Positions 1 to 6,946 of a stretch of DNA of 20,000 bases are shown in pieces. The notes under the pieces were generated by a model, which had not been told where the DNA came from, did not search any database, and saw nothing but the letters and a program-made list of their open reading frames with translations. Position 1 is the first letter of the stretch; each line of letters opens with the position of its first letter. Source of the stretch: an uncultured virus (IMG/VR IMGVR_UViG_3300035150_000049) (taxonomy: Duplodnaviria; Heunggongvirae; Uroviricota; Caudoviricetes). The position numbers were made by a program, and so were the translations under genes. Where the stretch lies: the IMG/VR virus record IMGVR_UViG_3300035150_000049; one strand, given 5' to 3'.

Positions 1-307
1 GCGGGATATAGATAAAAACACCGTGATCGTCTTCGTGAAGTTGCGCGTCAATCATCGACCGTTCATCAAGCGCCTTCGGGTTTACCTCGGCGCAGTGGGC
101 GTTTGTAAAAACCTTGAATTCGTCTGAGGCGCGGATATCGTAGCCGTAGGATGATACGCCGTAAGATATCGCCGCCGGCGGCGCTGGATAAGTATAATAT
201 CCCGGTGGGGCAGGGTCCCTTTCGCGCACCTGTCGGTCTACGAACGGCTCAATCATGCCGTGCTCGCGTGCCATTTTTTTAATCCAGTGGTCGGGTTTGA
301 TTGTCAT
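1..307 (-). CDS. dcd: dCTP deaminase, N-terminal part (runs off window)
   Basis: Not in the ORF track. Manual translation [29 protein letters not shown]...[23 protein letters not shown]...VNPK matches the dCTP deaminase N-terminus (MIEPF, [12 protein letters not shown]). Confidence 0.93.
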   Translation of the reverse strand, partial: MTIKPDHWIKKMAREHGMIEPFVDRQVRERDPAPPGYYTYPAPPAAISYGVSSYGYDIRASDEFKVFTNAHCAEVNPKALDERSMIDAQLHEDDHGVFIYIP

Positions 308-405
308 GCGTTTTGTTCTTTTTCCGCGAGACGCTGCAACGCTTGCCCGGTGACAAAAATCACGGCGTATCTTGGATTGGCGGCCCGGCTAGTCGGCGCG
401 GTCAT
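304..405 (-). CDS. possible 33-aa peptide
   Basis: [33 protein letters not shown] fills the gap between the HTH gene and dcd, with an ATGA overlap on the dcd start. Confidence 0.35.
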   Translation of the reverse strand: MTAPTSRAANPRYAVIFVTGQALQRLAEKEQNA

Positions 406-622
406 TGTATTCTTCAATTGCGCTTTTGAGCGCCCGCTCGCGTTTTTTAAGCTCCACCTCAATATCACTGATTCTAAGTCGCGCAACGGCAAAAACACTT
501 TCTGGTAAAAACGTCAACCTGCCGGTTTCTGATCGGGTAGCCATAAGCCCCCATTCGTCCCGCAGCAGATAGACTGACGCCGTTTCGACGCCTAAAATTT
601 CTGCGACTTGTTTCGCTTTCAT
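389..622 (-). CDS. MerR/excisionase-type HTH DNA-binding protein
   Basis: MKAKQVAEILGVETASVYLLRDEWGL...RSETGRLTF resembles a MerR-like wHTH followed by a coiled coil. AGGAGG RBS upstream. Confidence 0.7.
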   Translation of the reverse strand: MKAKQVAEILGVETASVYLLRDEWGLMATRSETGRLTFLPESVFAVARLRISDIEVELKKRERALKSAIEEYNDRAD

Positions 623-645
623 ATATAACCTCCTAACTTGACTGC

Positions 646-674
646 ATTATAATGGTTTGTGGAACAAAAGTCAA
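646..674 (-). promoter_or_regulatory. leftward sigma70-type promoter
   Basis: TTGACT (674-669), 17 bp spacer, TATAAT (651-646). Confidence 0.85.
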
Positions 675-703
675 GCAATTTTTAAAATTGGTATCCAAGT
701 TAC

Positions 704-732
704 TTGACAAAATAAAAATAGTGTGTTATCAT
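704..732 (+). promoter_or_regulatory. rightward sigma70-type promoter
   Basis: TTGACA (704-709), 17 bp spacer, TATCAT (727-732) with upstream TG. The palindrome CAAGT-T-ACTTG (696-706) overlaps the -35. Confidence 0.8.
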
Positions 733-774
733 ATAGACAGTTAAGTAAACAACGCAAGCAAACAGGAGAGAGCA

Positions 775-969
775 ATGAACAACAAAGCTTACACCCAAGT
801 ACAAACCGGAACACGCGAAAGTTGGAAGCAATTCGGCAACGGTACAGCAATCCCCCAACGACGACGTGAAGTTGTAATCGACATGGAAAAAGTTCAGCAA
901 TTACGCAACGAAGCAAACGAACGATGGATCGAAATGCACGGCGAAATGCAGAACCCGATGCCCTGGTAG
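775..969 (+). CDS. hypothetical protein (64 aa)
   Basis: AGGAG RBS; first gene after the rightward promoter. Confidence 0.7.
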   Translation: MNNKAYTQVQTGTRESWKQFGNGTAIPQRRREVVIDMEKVQQLRNEANERWIEMHGEMQNPMPW

Positions 970-1026
970 CGAAACGCCCACACGGGCGTCTGCGGGAACT
1001 AGCCGCCCCGCACTGATGAGCTAGGC
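967..1026 (+). ncRNA. hammerhead ribozyme, type II
   Basis: Elements in order: TAGC, GAAA, stem III (CGCCC acac GGGCG), GTC cleavage triplet ending at 990, stem I (TGCGGG/CCCGCA), CTGATGA (1013-1019), GCTA (stem II, pairing with 967-970). The conserved core is complete. Confidence 0.92.
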
Positions 1027-1048
1027 CGAGTACCTTAAAAATCAAATA

Positions 1049-1134
1049 ACCGACAGCCCGCCGCGCAAATCGGCGTACTCGAAGCTGAGGGGCGACAATC
1101 GGTAGATGACAAAACGCGACTGACCGCACAGTCG
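1049..1134 (+). ncRNA. candidate structured RNA (3-way junction plus hairpin)
   Basis: ACCGA/TCGGT and GCCC/GGGC enclose GCCG-CGCAAAT-CGGC and CTC-GAAGCT-GAG, followed by a CGACTG/CAGTCG hairpin (1117-1134). Confidence 0.45.
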
Positions 1135-1170
1135 ATTGTGACGATAATGAAGCATACAGGAGATAAGATC

Positions 1171-1428
1171 ATGCCAGTTGATAAACGATACGGCGGGAGC
1201 AAATGGGACAAATTTATTCATCCCTACGAAGACAAAGACGAGGTTACGCACTATGCAGTAGCACAACGGAATGAAACAACCGGGCAGTATATCGCGCCGC
1301 TAGACCGCGCGACCCAACAACTAACGGGGTGTTCATCCGAGTTCGCAACCAATGCAGCCGGTATCGGCGGTGGATTATCACTAGATGAAGCGCGTCGGCG
1401 CGCACGCTACTTGTATCGTGGAATCTAG
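1171..1428 (+). CDS. hypothetical protein
   Basis: An AGGAG RBS precedes ATG 1171 (MPVDKRYGG...), so this start is preferred over 1138. Confidence 0.75.
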   Translation: MPVDKRYGGSKWDKFIHPYEDKDEVTHYAVAQRNETTGQYIAPLDRATQQLTGCSSEFATNAAGIGGGLSLDEARRRARYLYRGI

Positions 1429-1638
1429 TCGAAACGCCCGGCCTAAGCCGGGCGCATGACCCGTAAGCTCACCGCATCCACGCGGCGCGGGTTGGGTAAC
1501 GCAGAGTGTGAGCGACACATCACCCGGCGCGGCGTTCCGGCTAAGGCTAGGACGTTCGGGCGGAAGGGATGGCGAGCCTGTCGGTTGACGGCGAGGGGAC
1601 CTGGGTGGGTGTAACCCCAGGCGGGTGATGAGACAGAT
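1423..1638 (+). ncRNA. hammerhead-like RNA with large insertion and non-canonical core
   Basis: ATCT-A-GTC (1423-1430) pairs with GACAGAT (1632-1638). GAAAC, a 7-bp stem III hairpin and GCA lie at the 5' side; GTGATGA lies at 1625-1631; there are several internal helices. Confidence 0.55.
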
Positions 1639-1658
1639 CAAATAAGGGGAAAAATAAA

Positions 1659-1889
1659 ATGGATTACTTGGACAAAGACCTGATCGCCCTGGCGCGCCGG
1701 ATGAAGGCGTCAGAACTAATTTCGTCGGTCGCTCTTAAGGGCGCGGGAATGGGCGACCAGCAAAACAATATATGTGTGTTTGATACACTTTCGCCGCTGG
1801 CGGGCATAATGAGATTTATCCTTGACTGCGAGTGGTTTTATCCTGATGCGCGCGAACGACTGCGCGTACTACTGGAGGAGATAGAATGA
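1659..1889 (+). CDS. hypothetical protein
   Basis: AAGGGG RBS; ATGA overlap with the next gene. Confidence 0.7.
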   Translation: MDYLDKDLIALARRMKASELISSVALKGAGMGDQQNNICVFDTLSPLAGIMRFILDCEWFYPDARERLRVLLEEIE

Positions 1890-2182
1890 CCGAGCTTATC
1901 AATAAAATCCCGAACGACGGAGCAGAGTGTCGGGTCTACCCCGAACACGGCAATGCCTGCGCCGCCGTTCTCGTTGTCACCGGTACGACGTTAACAAAGG
2001 CGCGCGAGGGCTTCTATCACGAAGTTCTCGTGGGCAAACTACACAAACTAGCCGAGTGCCCGGCGTGGCTGGGCTTTTTCATCGAGGCTCAATACCCGCA
2101 AGCATACCGCTACATCACGAGCGGTGAGCGGTTGCACGATGCGTTTAGGGCATGGGAGGGCTTAAATGTTGTACCCCGTTGA
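1886..2182 (+). CDS. hypothetical protein
   Basis: GGAGG RBS; translationally coupled to the upstream gene. Confidence 0.75.
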   Translation: MTELINKIPNDGAECRVYPEHGNACAAVLVVTGTTLTKAREGFYHEVLVGKLHKLAECPAWLGFFIEAQYPQAYRYITSGERLHDAFRAWEGLNVVPR

Positions 2183-2456
2183 TGCACACGGACACCATAA
2201 CGACGCGCAGTATTGGCCCCAAGAACCCATGTGGCTCGTTGCAGCGTGGCGATTAAACCGCGCGGCTGCGCGTTTTTTCGATCTTAAAATGAACGAACTA
2301 CTCTCGTTGCCGTTCGAGGATCCGATAAGGGCATCCCTTGAGCACGTCGGCTTAGCCGCTGACGCCGAATCAGGCGACTTTATGAAGTGGTGTTTTTACA
2401 CCGACATCGCAGAAAGCTTAGAGAAAATCATAGAATTAAAGGAGAAAAGATTATGA
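2166..2456 (+). CDS. hypothetical protein
   Basis: GGAGG RBS; ATGA overlap with the downstream gene. Confidence 0.7.
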   Translation: MLYPVDAHGHHNDAQYWPQEPMWLVAAWRLNRAAARFFDLKMNELLSLPFEDPIRASLEHVGLAADAESGDFMKWCFYTDIAESLEKIIELKEKRL

Positions 2457-3982
2457 GTGAAGAAAATAGTTTCGGGATTGATATGGCACAGGTGCCAAGC
2501 GAGCTTGTGCCCTATACGCCAGACGAACAGGCGTATATGAGCCAGTTCAACGGCGCGCAGAATATCGAGCTTGCGTGTCAAGCCTTGGCGCTTCTGTGGC
2601 CGGGCGCGCGCGCCGTACTCAACAATCAATACTGGAAAGCCGAATACGGCAACATCGTTTTAAAGCAACTTGTTAACCTCTCCATTCGATGGCGCGCCAA
2701 TCCCATGAACGGCGAGATTTGGTGCTTACCGTCCAAAAACGGCCCGAATTTTATGGCGGGCTATAAACTATGGGACAAGCGTTTTTGGGAACAGTTTAAC
2801 TCCGCCGACTTCCAAATTTCATATGAAATTATCGAAGACCCTGAGCGCAAGGTTACGCTTGGCGCAAGCCAACGCGACGTTTTGGTTCACTGCGTTCTCA
2901 AGCGCAAGGACCACGGCGGCTATATGGACAATCTAGAGCGCGCGATTGAGATTGTAAAGCTGGCCGGCGTGACCGGCGTTGAGGTATTGACCGAAGCGCG
3001 AAAGATGGTCGAAGACCCGTCGAGCGTATACGACGGATGGGGATGTGTCAATCCCGGTACAGATCAATCGAAGATTTACGACCCGCGCCAGCACGCGCAA
3101 GACTTGGCACGAAAAAACGCTTACCGCACGCTGGGCGTTGATGTTACGCAAGCGCCCCCTGACGCCGCGTACCGCGAAGACTATAAGTTACGGCTGACAG
3201 CAACTGTCGAACAGCAAGCTATTATCGAGCACCGCGAGCTTACTACTGGCGAACAACAGCAGATTCACGAACATGCCCGCGAGGTTGCCGAACGGCTTGC
3301 CCCAAAAGGAAGCGCCGGTTCTGAAAAGGAACCGGCCTATCGCGTTCGCCAGGAAATCGCAGATTACGTTGAACAAAATCGCTATACATTAGCCGGGTCG
3401 GTGTCAAAGAAACAGCGCGGGATGGTCGCTGGGAAGCTTACCGAGCTTGTTGGAGAAGCCGCAAGGGTCGAGCTACTCGAATGGCTGAGCGGGCAAACGT
3501 CAACCGCCGACCTTACGAAGGCACAGGCGTCGGGTATCATCGAATGGGCAATGACCGAAAGAGCGAAAGAAGAAGCAGCGGAATGCCTACGCGCGTTTGC
3601 GCTTCAGCGTGGGCAAGTAGATGTGTTCACGGGCGAAATCACCGAAGGTGAGATCGTTGAAGATGAGAAAAACGGCAAGGGCGAGCCGGTTGATATTCTC
3701 ACCGAAGACATCGAAGACGCGCGCGTTGAAATGGAGGCCGCGCCAACGCTGCCGGAGGCGGTGGCAAGTGCACTGGGCATCACCATCGATGAAGCGGTGG
3801 ATAAACTTGCTGAACTTGAGGACGCCGGGCTTGGCCTCACGACCGCCAAAGAGATCGTCAAATACCTTCGAGTAGCAGGTGATGAACCGTCCACGCTTGA
3901 CAAACACTTCCCGCGTGACGAGCACGGACAGCCCGTTATGTTTAAGGAAGAGTCACAAGACATGAGCTATTTCGAAGACTAG
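2453..3982 (+). CDS. RecT/Red-beta-like single-strand annealing protein with long C-terminal extension
   Basis: AAGGAG RBS before ATG 2453. RANPMNGEIWCLP...MAGYKLW and PRQHAQDLARKNAYR resemble RecT/Bet family motifs. The C-terminus has an LTKAQASGIIE helical motif and an acidic tail. Confidence 0.6.
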   Translation: MSEENSFGIDMAQVPSELVPYTPDEQAYMSQFNGAQNIELACQALALLWPGARAVLNNQYWKAEYGNIVLKQLVNLSIRWRANPMNGEIWCLPSKNGPNFMAGYKLWDKRFWEQFNSADFQISYEIIEDPERKVTLGASQRDVLVHCVLKRKDHGGYMDNLERAIEIVKLAGVTGVEVLTEARKMVEDPSSVYDGWGCVNPGTDQSKIYDPRQHAQDLARKNAYRTLGVDVTQAPPDAAYREDYKLRLTATVEQQAIIEHRELTTGEQQQIHEHAREVAERLAPKGSAGSEKEPAYRVRQEIADYVEQNRYTLAGSVSKKQRGMVAGKLTELVGEAARVELLEWLSGQTSTADLTKAQASGIIEWAMTERAKEEAAECLRAFALQRGQVDVFTGEITEGEIVEDEKNGKGEPVDILTEDIEDARVEMEAAPTLPEAVASALGITIDEAVDKLAELEDAGLGLTTAKEIVKYLRVAGDEPSTLDKHFPRDEHGQPVMFKEESQDMSYFED

Positions 3983-3988
3983 ACAACC

Positions 3989-4008
3989 GGGCGCGTGAAA
4001 GCGCGCCC
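3989..4008 (+). other. intergenic GC hairpin with GAAA loop
   Basis: GGGCGCG-TGAAAG-CGCGCCC with no U-tract. The same loop recurs at 4667-4688. Confidence 0.55.
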
Positions 4009-4021
4009 AAAGGAGAAAAAA

Positions 4022-4171
4022 ATGAGATGTAACGACTGTAACGATAACGCAATAGTTTTTTTGCGTGCAGCGAACGGTGAATGCGGGTATTTTTGCGCTC
4101 AGCACGCCGCAGAGTTCAGGACATACGCAGCTTACTGGTGTGGCGGGATCAAATACGAGAGGGTGCTATGA
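4022..4171 (+). CDS. small Zn-finger-like protein (49 aa)
   Basis: Not in the ORF track. MRCNDCNDNAIVF...GYFCAQHA carries CxxC...CxxH. AAGGAG RBS and ATGA overlap with the next gene. Confidence 0.7.
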   Translation: MRCNDCNDNAIVFLRAANGECGYFCAQHAAEFRTYAAYWCGGIKYERVL

Positions 4172-4356
4172 ACAAAAAAGCGGTGCAATTCGCGCGCGAC
4201 AACACAGCTATTGCCGCGCAACTCAAGGCGCTTCCGGTCGGCCACGTTATCGCGCCAACCGACCTTGACACGATCTTCGCATGTGAGGCGTTGGCGAAAG
4301 AAGGAAAGATGAAGCGCGAAGTCGTGAGAGGTGCCATCAGGTTCACGAGAATTTAG
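4168..4356 (+). CDS. hypothetical protein, possibly small wHTH
   Basis: ATG 4168 (MNKKAVQF...) is coupled to the upstream stop. ALAKEGKMKREVVRGAIRF resembles a wing motif. Confidence 0.65.
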   Translation: MNKKAVQFARDNTAIAAQLKALPVGHVIAPTDLDTIFACEALAKEGKMKREVVRGAIRFTRI

Positions 4357-4363
4357 AGTCATC

Positions 4364-4435
4364 GCCGGCGTAGCTCAAGAGGTAGAGCAACTGGCTTCCA
4401 ACCAGAAAACGCGGGTTCGAGTCCCGCCGCCGGCT
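4364..4435 (+). tRNA. tRNA-Gly (anticodon TCC)
   Basis: Acceptor GCCGGCG/CGCCGGC, D-arm GCTC/GAGC, anticodon loop CT-TCC-AA, T-arm GCGGG-TTCGAGT-CCCGC, discriminator T. CCA is not encoded, and there is an A-A mismatch at the top of the anticodon stem. Confidence 0.92.
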
Positions 4436-4467
4436 TTTGGTCTTTAGAGTAACGCACAGGAGGCGCA

Positions 4468-4647
4468 ATGCTCACAATTGACCGGCTTTCTATCGGTGTG
4501 GTAGCCGAGAGGAAAGTTTGTACATCAAAAGAAATCACACCGGCGCAGTGTGTAAATCCGTTAAAGGACCGTATATGTTTGCTGTCGCGTTCGTGTCGCG
4601 CCGCTACCACTGACGGCGCGATGGCAAAAAAATCGGCATGGCGATAA
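4468..4647 (+). CDS. possible 59-aa ORF (may instead be structured RNA)
   Basis: AGGAGG lies 4 nt before the ATG (MLTIDRLSIG...KKSAWR). The ORF overlaps strongly base-paired sequence. Confidence 0.3.
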   Translation: MLTIDRLSIGVVAERKVCTSKEITPAQCVNPLKDRICLLSRSCRAATTDGAMAKKSAWR

Positions 4648-4742
4648 GCCGAGTTATATCATCTTCGCCCGGCGTGAAAGCGCCGGGCACACTATCTGAA
4701 AAATCCGATAAATTGCATGTAAGTGACAAAGCTAATCTACCT

Positions 4743-4806
4743 GGCTGACGGGGTACGTCGATGGGACGCAGGAATGCGCAAGCGGGTTCGACTCCCGCCC
4801 CAGCCA
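4743..4806 (+). ncRNA. tRNA-like RNA lacking an anticodon loop
   Basis: Acceptor-like GGCTG(ac)GG/CCCAGCC-A, D-like GTC-GATGG-GAC, mini-arm GCA-GGAA-TGC and a perfect T-arm GCGGG-TTCGACT-CCCGC. Confidence 0.65.
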
Positions 4807-4888
4807 CTCCCCGCCGTTGTTCTTTTTAACCGTGGGGGTTTGCTAAGACGCGGCGGGATTTTTTGAAATGAAAATAGGAGAAAAGATA

Positions 4889-5308
4889 ATGACAGATGCT
4901 TCAACAGAGCAAGAACTCCGAGAACTTGAGTCGCAAATCCAGGCGCTTGCCGACGTGTACCGGCGCGCCTACGATGAAATCAAAGCGGTGAAACGGCAAG
5001 TCGAGCCGCAGATGGACGCGGCGAAAGAAGCCCTGGGGCCGCTGATGGAGCGGTATCGGGAGATCACCGGCGGCAACTACGCCGACGCTCTGGGCTACGT
5101 CCAGGTGCGCGCCGGGCAATCGAAGATCAAATATGATATCGCGCCGATTTTGAAACGGTGGCAGGAAGACCCGATCACTTATCACTACGTCGCCGGGGCA
5201 TTGAAGCTCGACGAGAAAGTGTTGGACAAGGCGCGCAAAGACGGCGCGGCGTGGCTTGAGCAGTATCGGGAAGAAACGGCGGGGAAGTCGTCGTTAGCGA
5301 TTAAGTGA
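4889..5308 (+). CDS. coiled-coil phage protein, Gp157/Gam-like architecture
   Basis: AGGAG RBS. N-terminal coiled coil followed by a beta-rich part with LKLDEKVLDKA and a terminal SSLAIK. Confidence 0.5.
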   Translation: MTDASTEQELRELESQIQALADVYRRAYDEIKAVKRQVEPQMDAAKEALGPLMERYREITGGNYADALGYVQVRAGQSKIKYDIAPILKRWQEDPITYHYVAGALKLDEKVLDKARKDGAAWLEQYREETAGKSSLAIK

Positions 5309-5314
5309 GGTGAA

Positions 5315-5845
5315 ATGATGTTCGCAAACTACTACCGAAACGAAGAAAAGACCGACCGGGAGCGCTATTTAGAGCGGCAGCTTGAGGAGTACCGACGCGA
5401 AGATGAGCGACGCACGGAGGAAGAATCTGAACGGCGCTACCAGCGCCGCCAAGAGATTCACGAACGCGCAGAGGAAGTGTTGCGTGATGCATCCACCTGG
5501 GAGGTCGCTATCTCGAATAGCTTAGTGTTGTTGCGGCGCGAGGCAGAATATGAAGCCGAAGCCCTCCGCGAGCTTGATATGACCCAAGAGGAGTACAACC
5601 TTAAGCACGGTGCGCCGTGGTTTGAGCGTACCACGAAGTTAACCGAGCGAATGCAAGAAATCTACAAAGAGGAGAGCGCCGCCGCTGAAAGCGAAATCAA
5701 GGCGCTCGAAGCGCAGATCGAGGCGGTGCGCATGAAGGTACTTGAGCGCACGGCGGACAGGCTAGAGCCTGAAATTGACGACGACAATCAGTACCTCGTG
5801 AATGCGCTCCGCGAGAACGAGCCTGAAGTTTTAGTGAATTGGTGA
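5315..5845 (+). CDS. hypothetical charged coiled-coil protein
   Basis: GAGGTG RBS; Glu/Arg-rich helical sequence. Confidence 0.75.
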   Translation: MMFANYYRNEEKTDRERYLERQLEEYRREDERRTEEESERRYQRRQEIHERAEEVLRDASTWEVAISNSLVLLRREAEYEAEALRELDMTQEEYNLKHGAPWFERTTKLTERMQEIYKEESAAAESEIKALEAQIEAVRMKVLERTADRLEPEIDDDNQYLVNALRENEPEVLVNW

Positions 5846-5851
5846 GGTGAA

Positions 5852-6364
5852 ATGATGAGCAATAACACTTACGCCACACTGCACGATTTGGCAGGTGATG
5901 CGTGGGAGGCATTTTTGGAAGTTGCGGAGGCCGCAGGCATCAGCAAAGAAGATGTGTTCGCGCTGGAAAAGTCGGCGGAATTCTATATCGAGCGCAGCGG
6001 CCATTACACCAAACGGCGCAAACACAGCTATTTGTGCGCGCTGAAGACCGCGCAGGATCGCGCTCGCTACGCCGCCTACGTTGCGAAGTGGCCGCACTAC
6101 TGCCGGAAGTGCGACGGGTCGGGCGGGCGATGGCTCCCCGGAACATACCACTACCCGCCGGACTTCGACCCGTGCGGATGCCTGGAAGACGGATATTGTC
6201 CCCGCTGCGGCGTGCTGACCTGGGAGCAAGAAGACTTCGACGGCGCGCCGGTGACCTGCCCCGAATGCGGGTGGCAGGAAGACGATCCCGACGAAGCGCC
6301 GATCCCGTGGATAGATGGCCCTTGCAGGTGCGAAGAAATGGAGTTACGGGCGACTAATTTGTAA
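5852..6364 (+). CDS. multi-CxxC Zn-binding protein
   Basis: Motifs CRKCDGSGG, CGC, CPRCG, CPECG; GAGGTG RBS. Confidence 0.75.
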   Translation: MMSNNTYATLHDLAGDAWEAFLEVAEAAGISKEDVFALEKSAEFYIERSGHYTKRRKHSYLCALKTAQDRARYAAYVAKWPHYCRKCDGSGGRWLPGTYHYPPDFDPCGCLEDGYCPRCGVLTWEQEDFDGAPVTCPECGWQEDDPDEAPIPWIDGPCRCEEMELRATNL

Positions 6365-6370
6365 TTTCGT

Positions 6371-6417
6371 GCCCCCGGCCTCGGTAAGGCTCGCGCAGGG
6401 CTGAGGTCGGGGGCTTT
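6371..6417 (+). terminator. long hairpin, possible terminator
   Basis: GCCCCCGGCCTCGG...CTGAGGTCGGGGGC followed by TTT. Confidence 0.5.
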
Positions 6418-6433
6418 AAAAGAAAGGAAAGCA

Positions 6434-6946
6434 ATGTATGAGTTGGCTCTATATGCCGGTGCTGCCGGCGGACTGCTCGCCTCGAAATGGCTCCTCGGCT
6501 GGCGTACCGTCTGCTATGTCGAGTACGACGCCTTCTGTATCGAGGTGCTCAAGGCCCGCATCAGAGACGGACTGCTCGACAACGCGCCCATCTGGGACGA
6601 CGCCCGCACCTTCGACGGGCGACCCTGGCGTGGATGCGTGGATATCGTCACTGCGGGCTTCCCGTGCCAACCATTCAGCGCCGCCGGCAGACAACTTGCC
6701 GGTGACGACCCGCGCAATATGTGGCCGGACACCGTTCGCATACTTAGAGAAGTCCGGCCCCGATGGGCCTTTCTGGAGAACGTCCCAACACTGCTTGCCG
6801 GGTCTCACGGTTACTTTGGCCGCGTTCAACAAGACCTGGCCGAGATCGGGTATGCAGCACGGTGGGATTGCATACCGGCTTCCGCCGTCGGCGCGGATCA
6901 CCGCCGCGACCGGCTCTGGATCGTGGTACACCCCACTGGCGGGTGA
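6434..6946 (+). CDS. C5-cytosine DNA methyltransferase, catalytic (alpha) part, motifs I-VIII
   Basis: LYAGAAGG (I), GFPCQPFS (IV), LENV (VI), HRRDRLWIV (VIII), then a stop codon. Confidence 0.9.
   Translation: MYELALYAGAAGGLLASKWLLGWRTVCYVEYDAFCIEVLKARIRDGLLDNAPIWDDARTFDGRPWRGCVDIVTAGFPCQPFSAAGRQLAGDDPRNMWPDTVRILREVRPRWAFLENVPTLLAGSHGYFGRVQQDLAEIGYAARWDCIPASAVGADHRRDRLWIVVHPTGG

Noticed and set aside
671..1129. 152-aa minus-strand ORF and other long antisense or alternative-frame ORFs (e.g. 6449-7060, 12864-13469, 14512-15021)
   Set aside because: They shadow better-supported genes or RNAs, lack an RBS and have implausible composition.
3989..4008. Lambda boxB-like antitermination site
   Set aside because: The loop is explained as a GAAA tetraloop closed by U-G; no boxA or N-like gene was seen.
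4494..4542. tRNA-like 5' half (GGTGTGG-TA-GCCGAGAGG)
   Set aside because: No anticodon arm or T-arm; kept only as a stem within the structured interval.
4743..4806. tmRNA 3' end
   Set aside because: The T-arm fits, but there is no CCA, no G3-U70 pair and no matching GGGG 5' piece or tag ORF; the acceptor partner is local.
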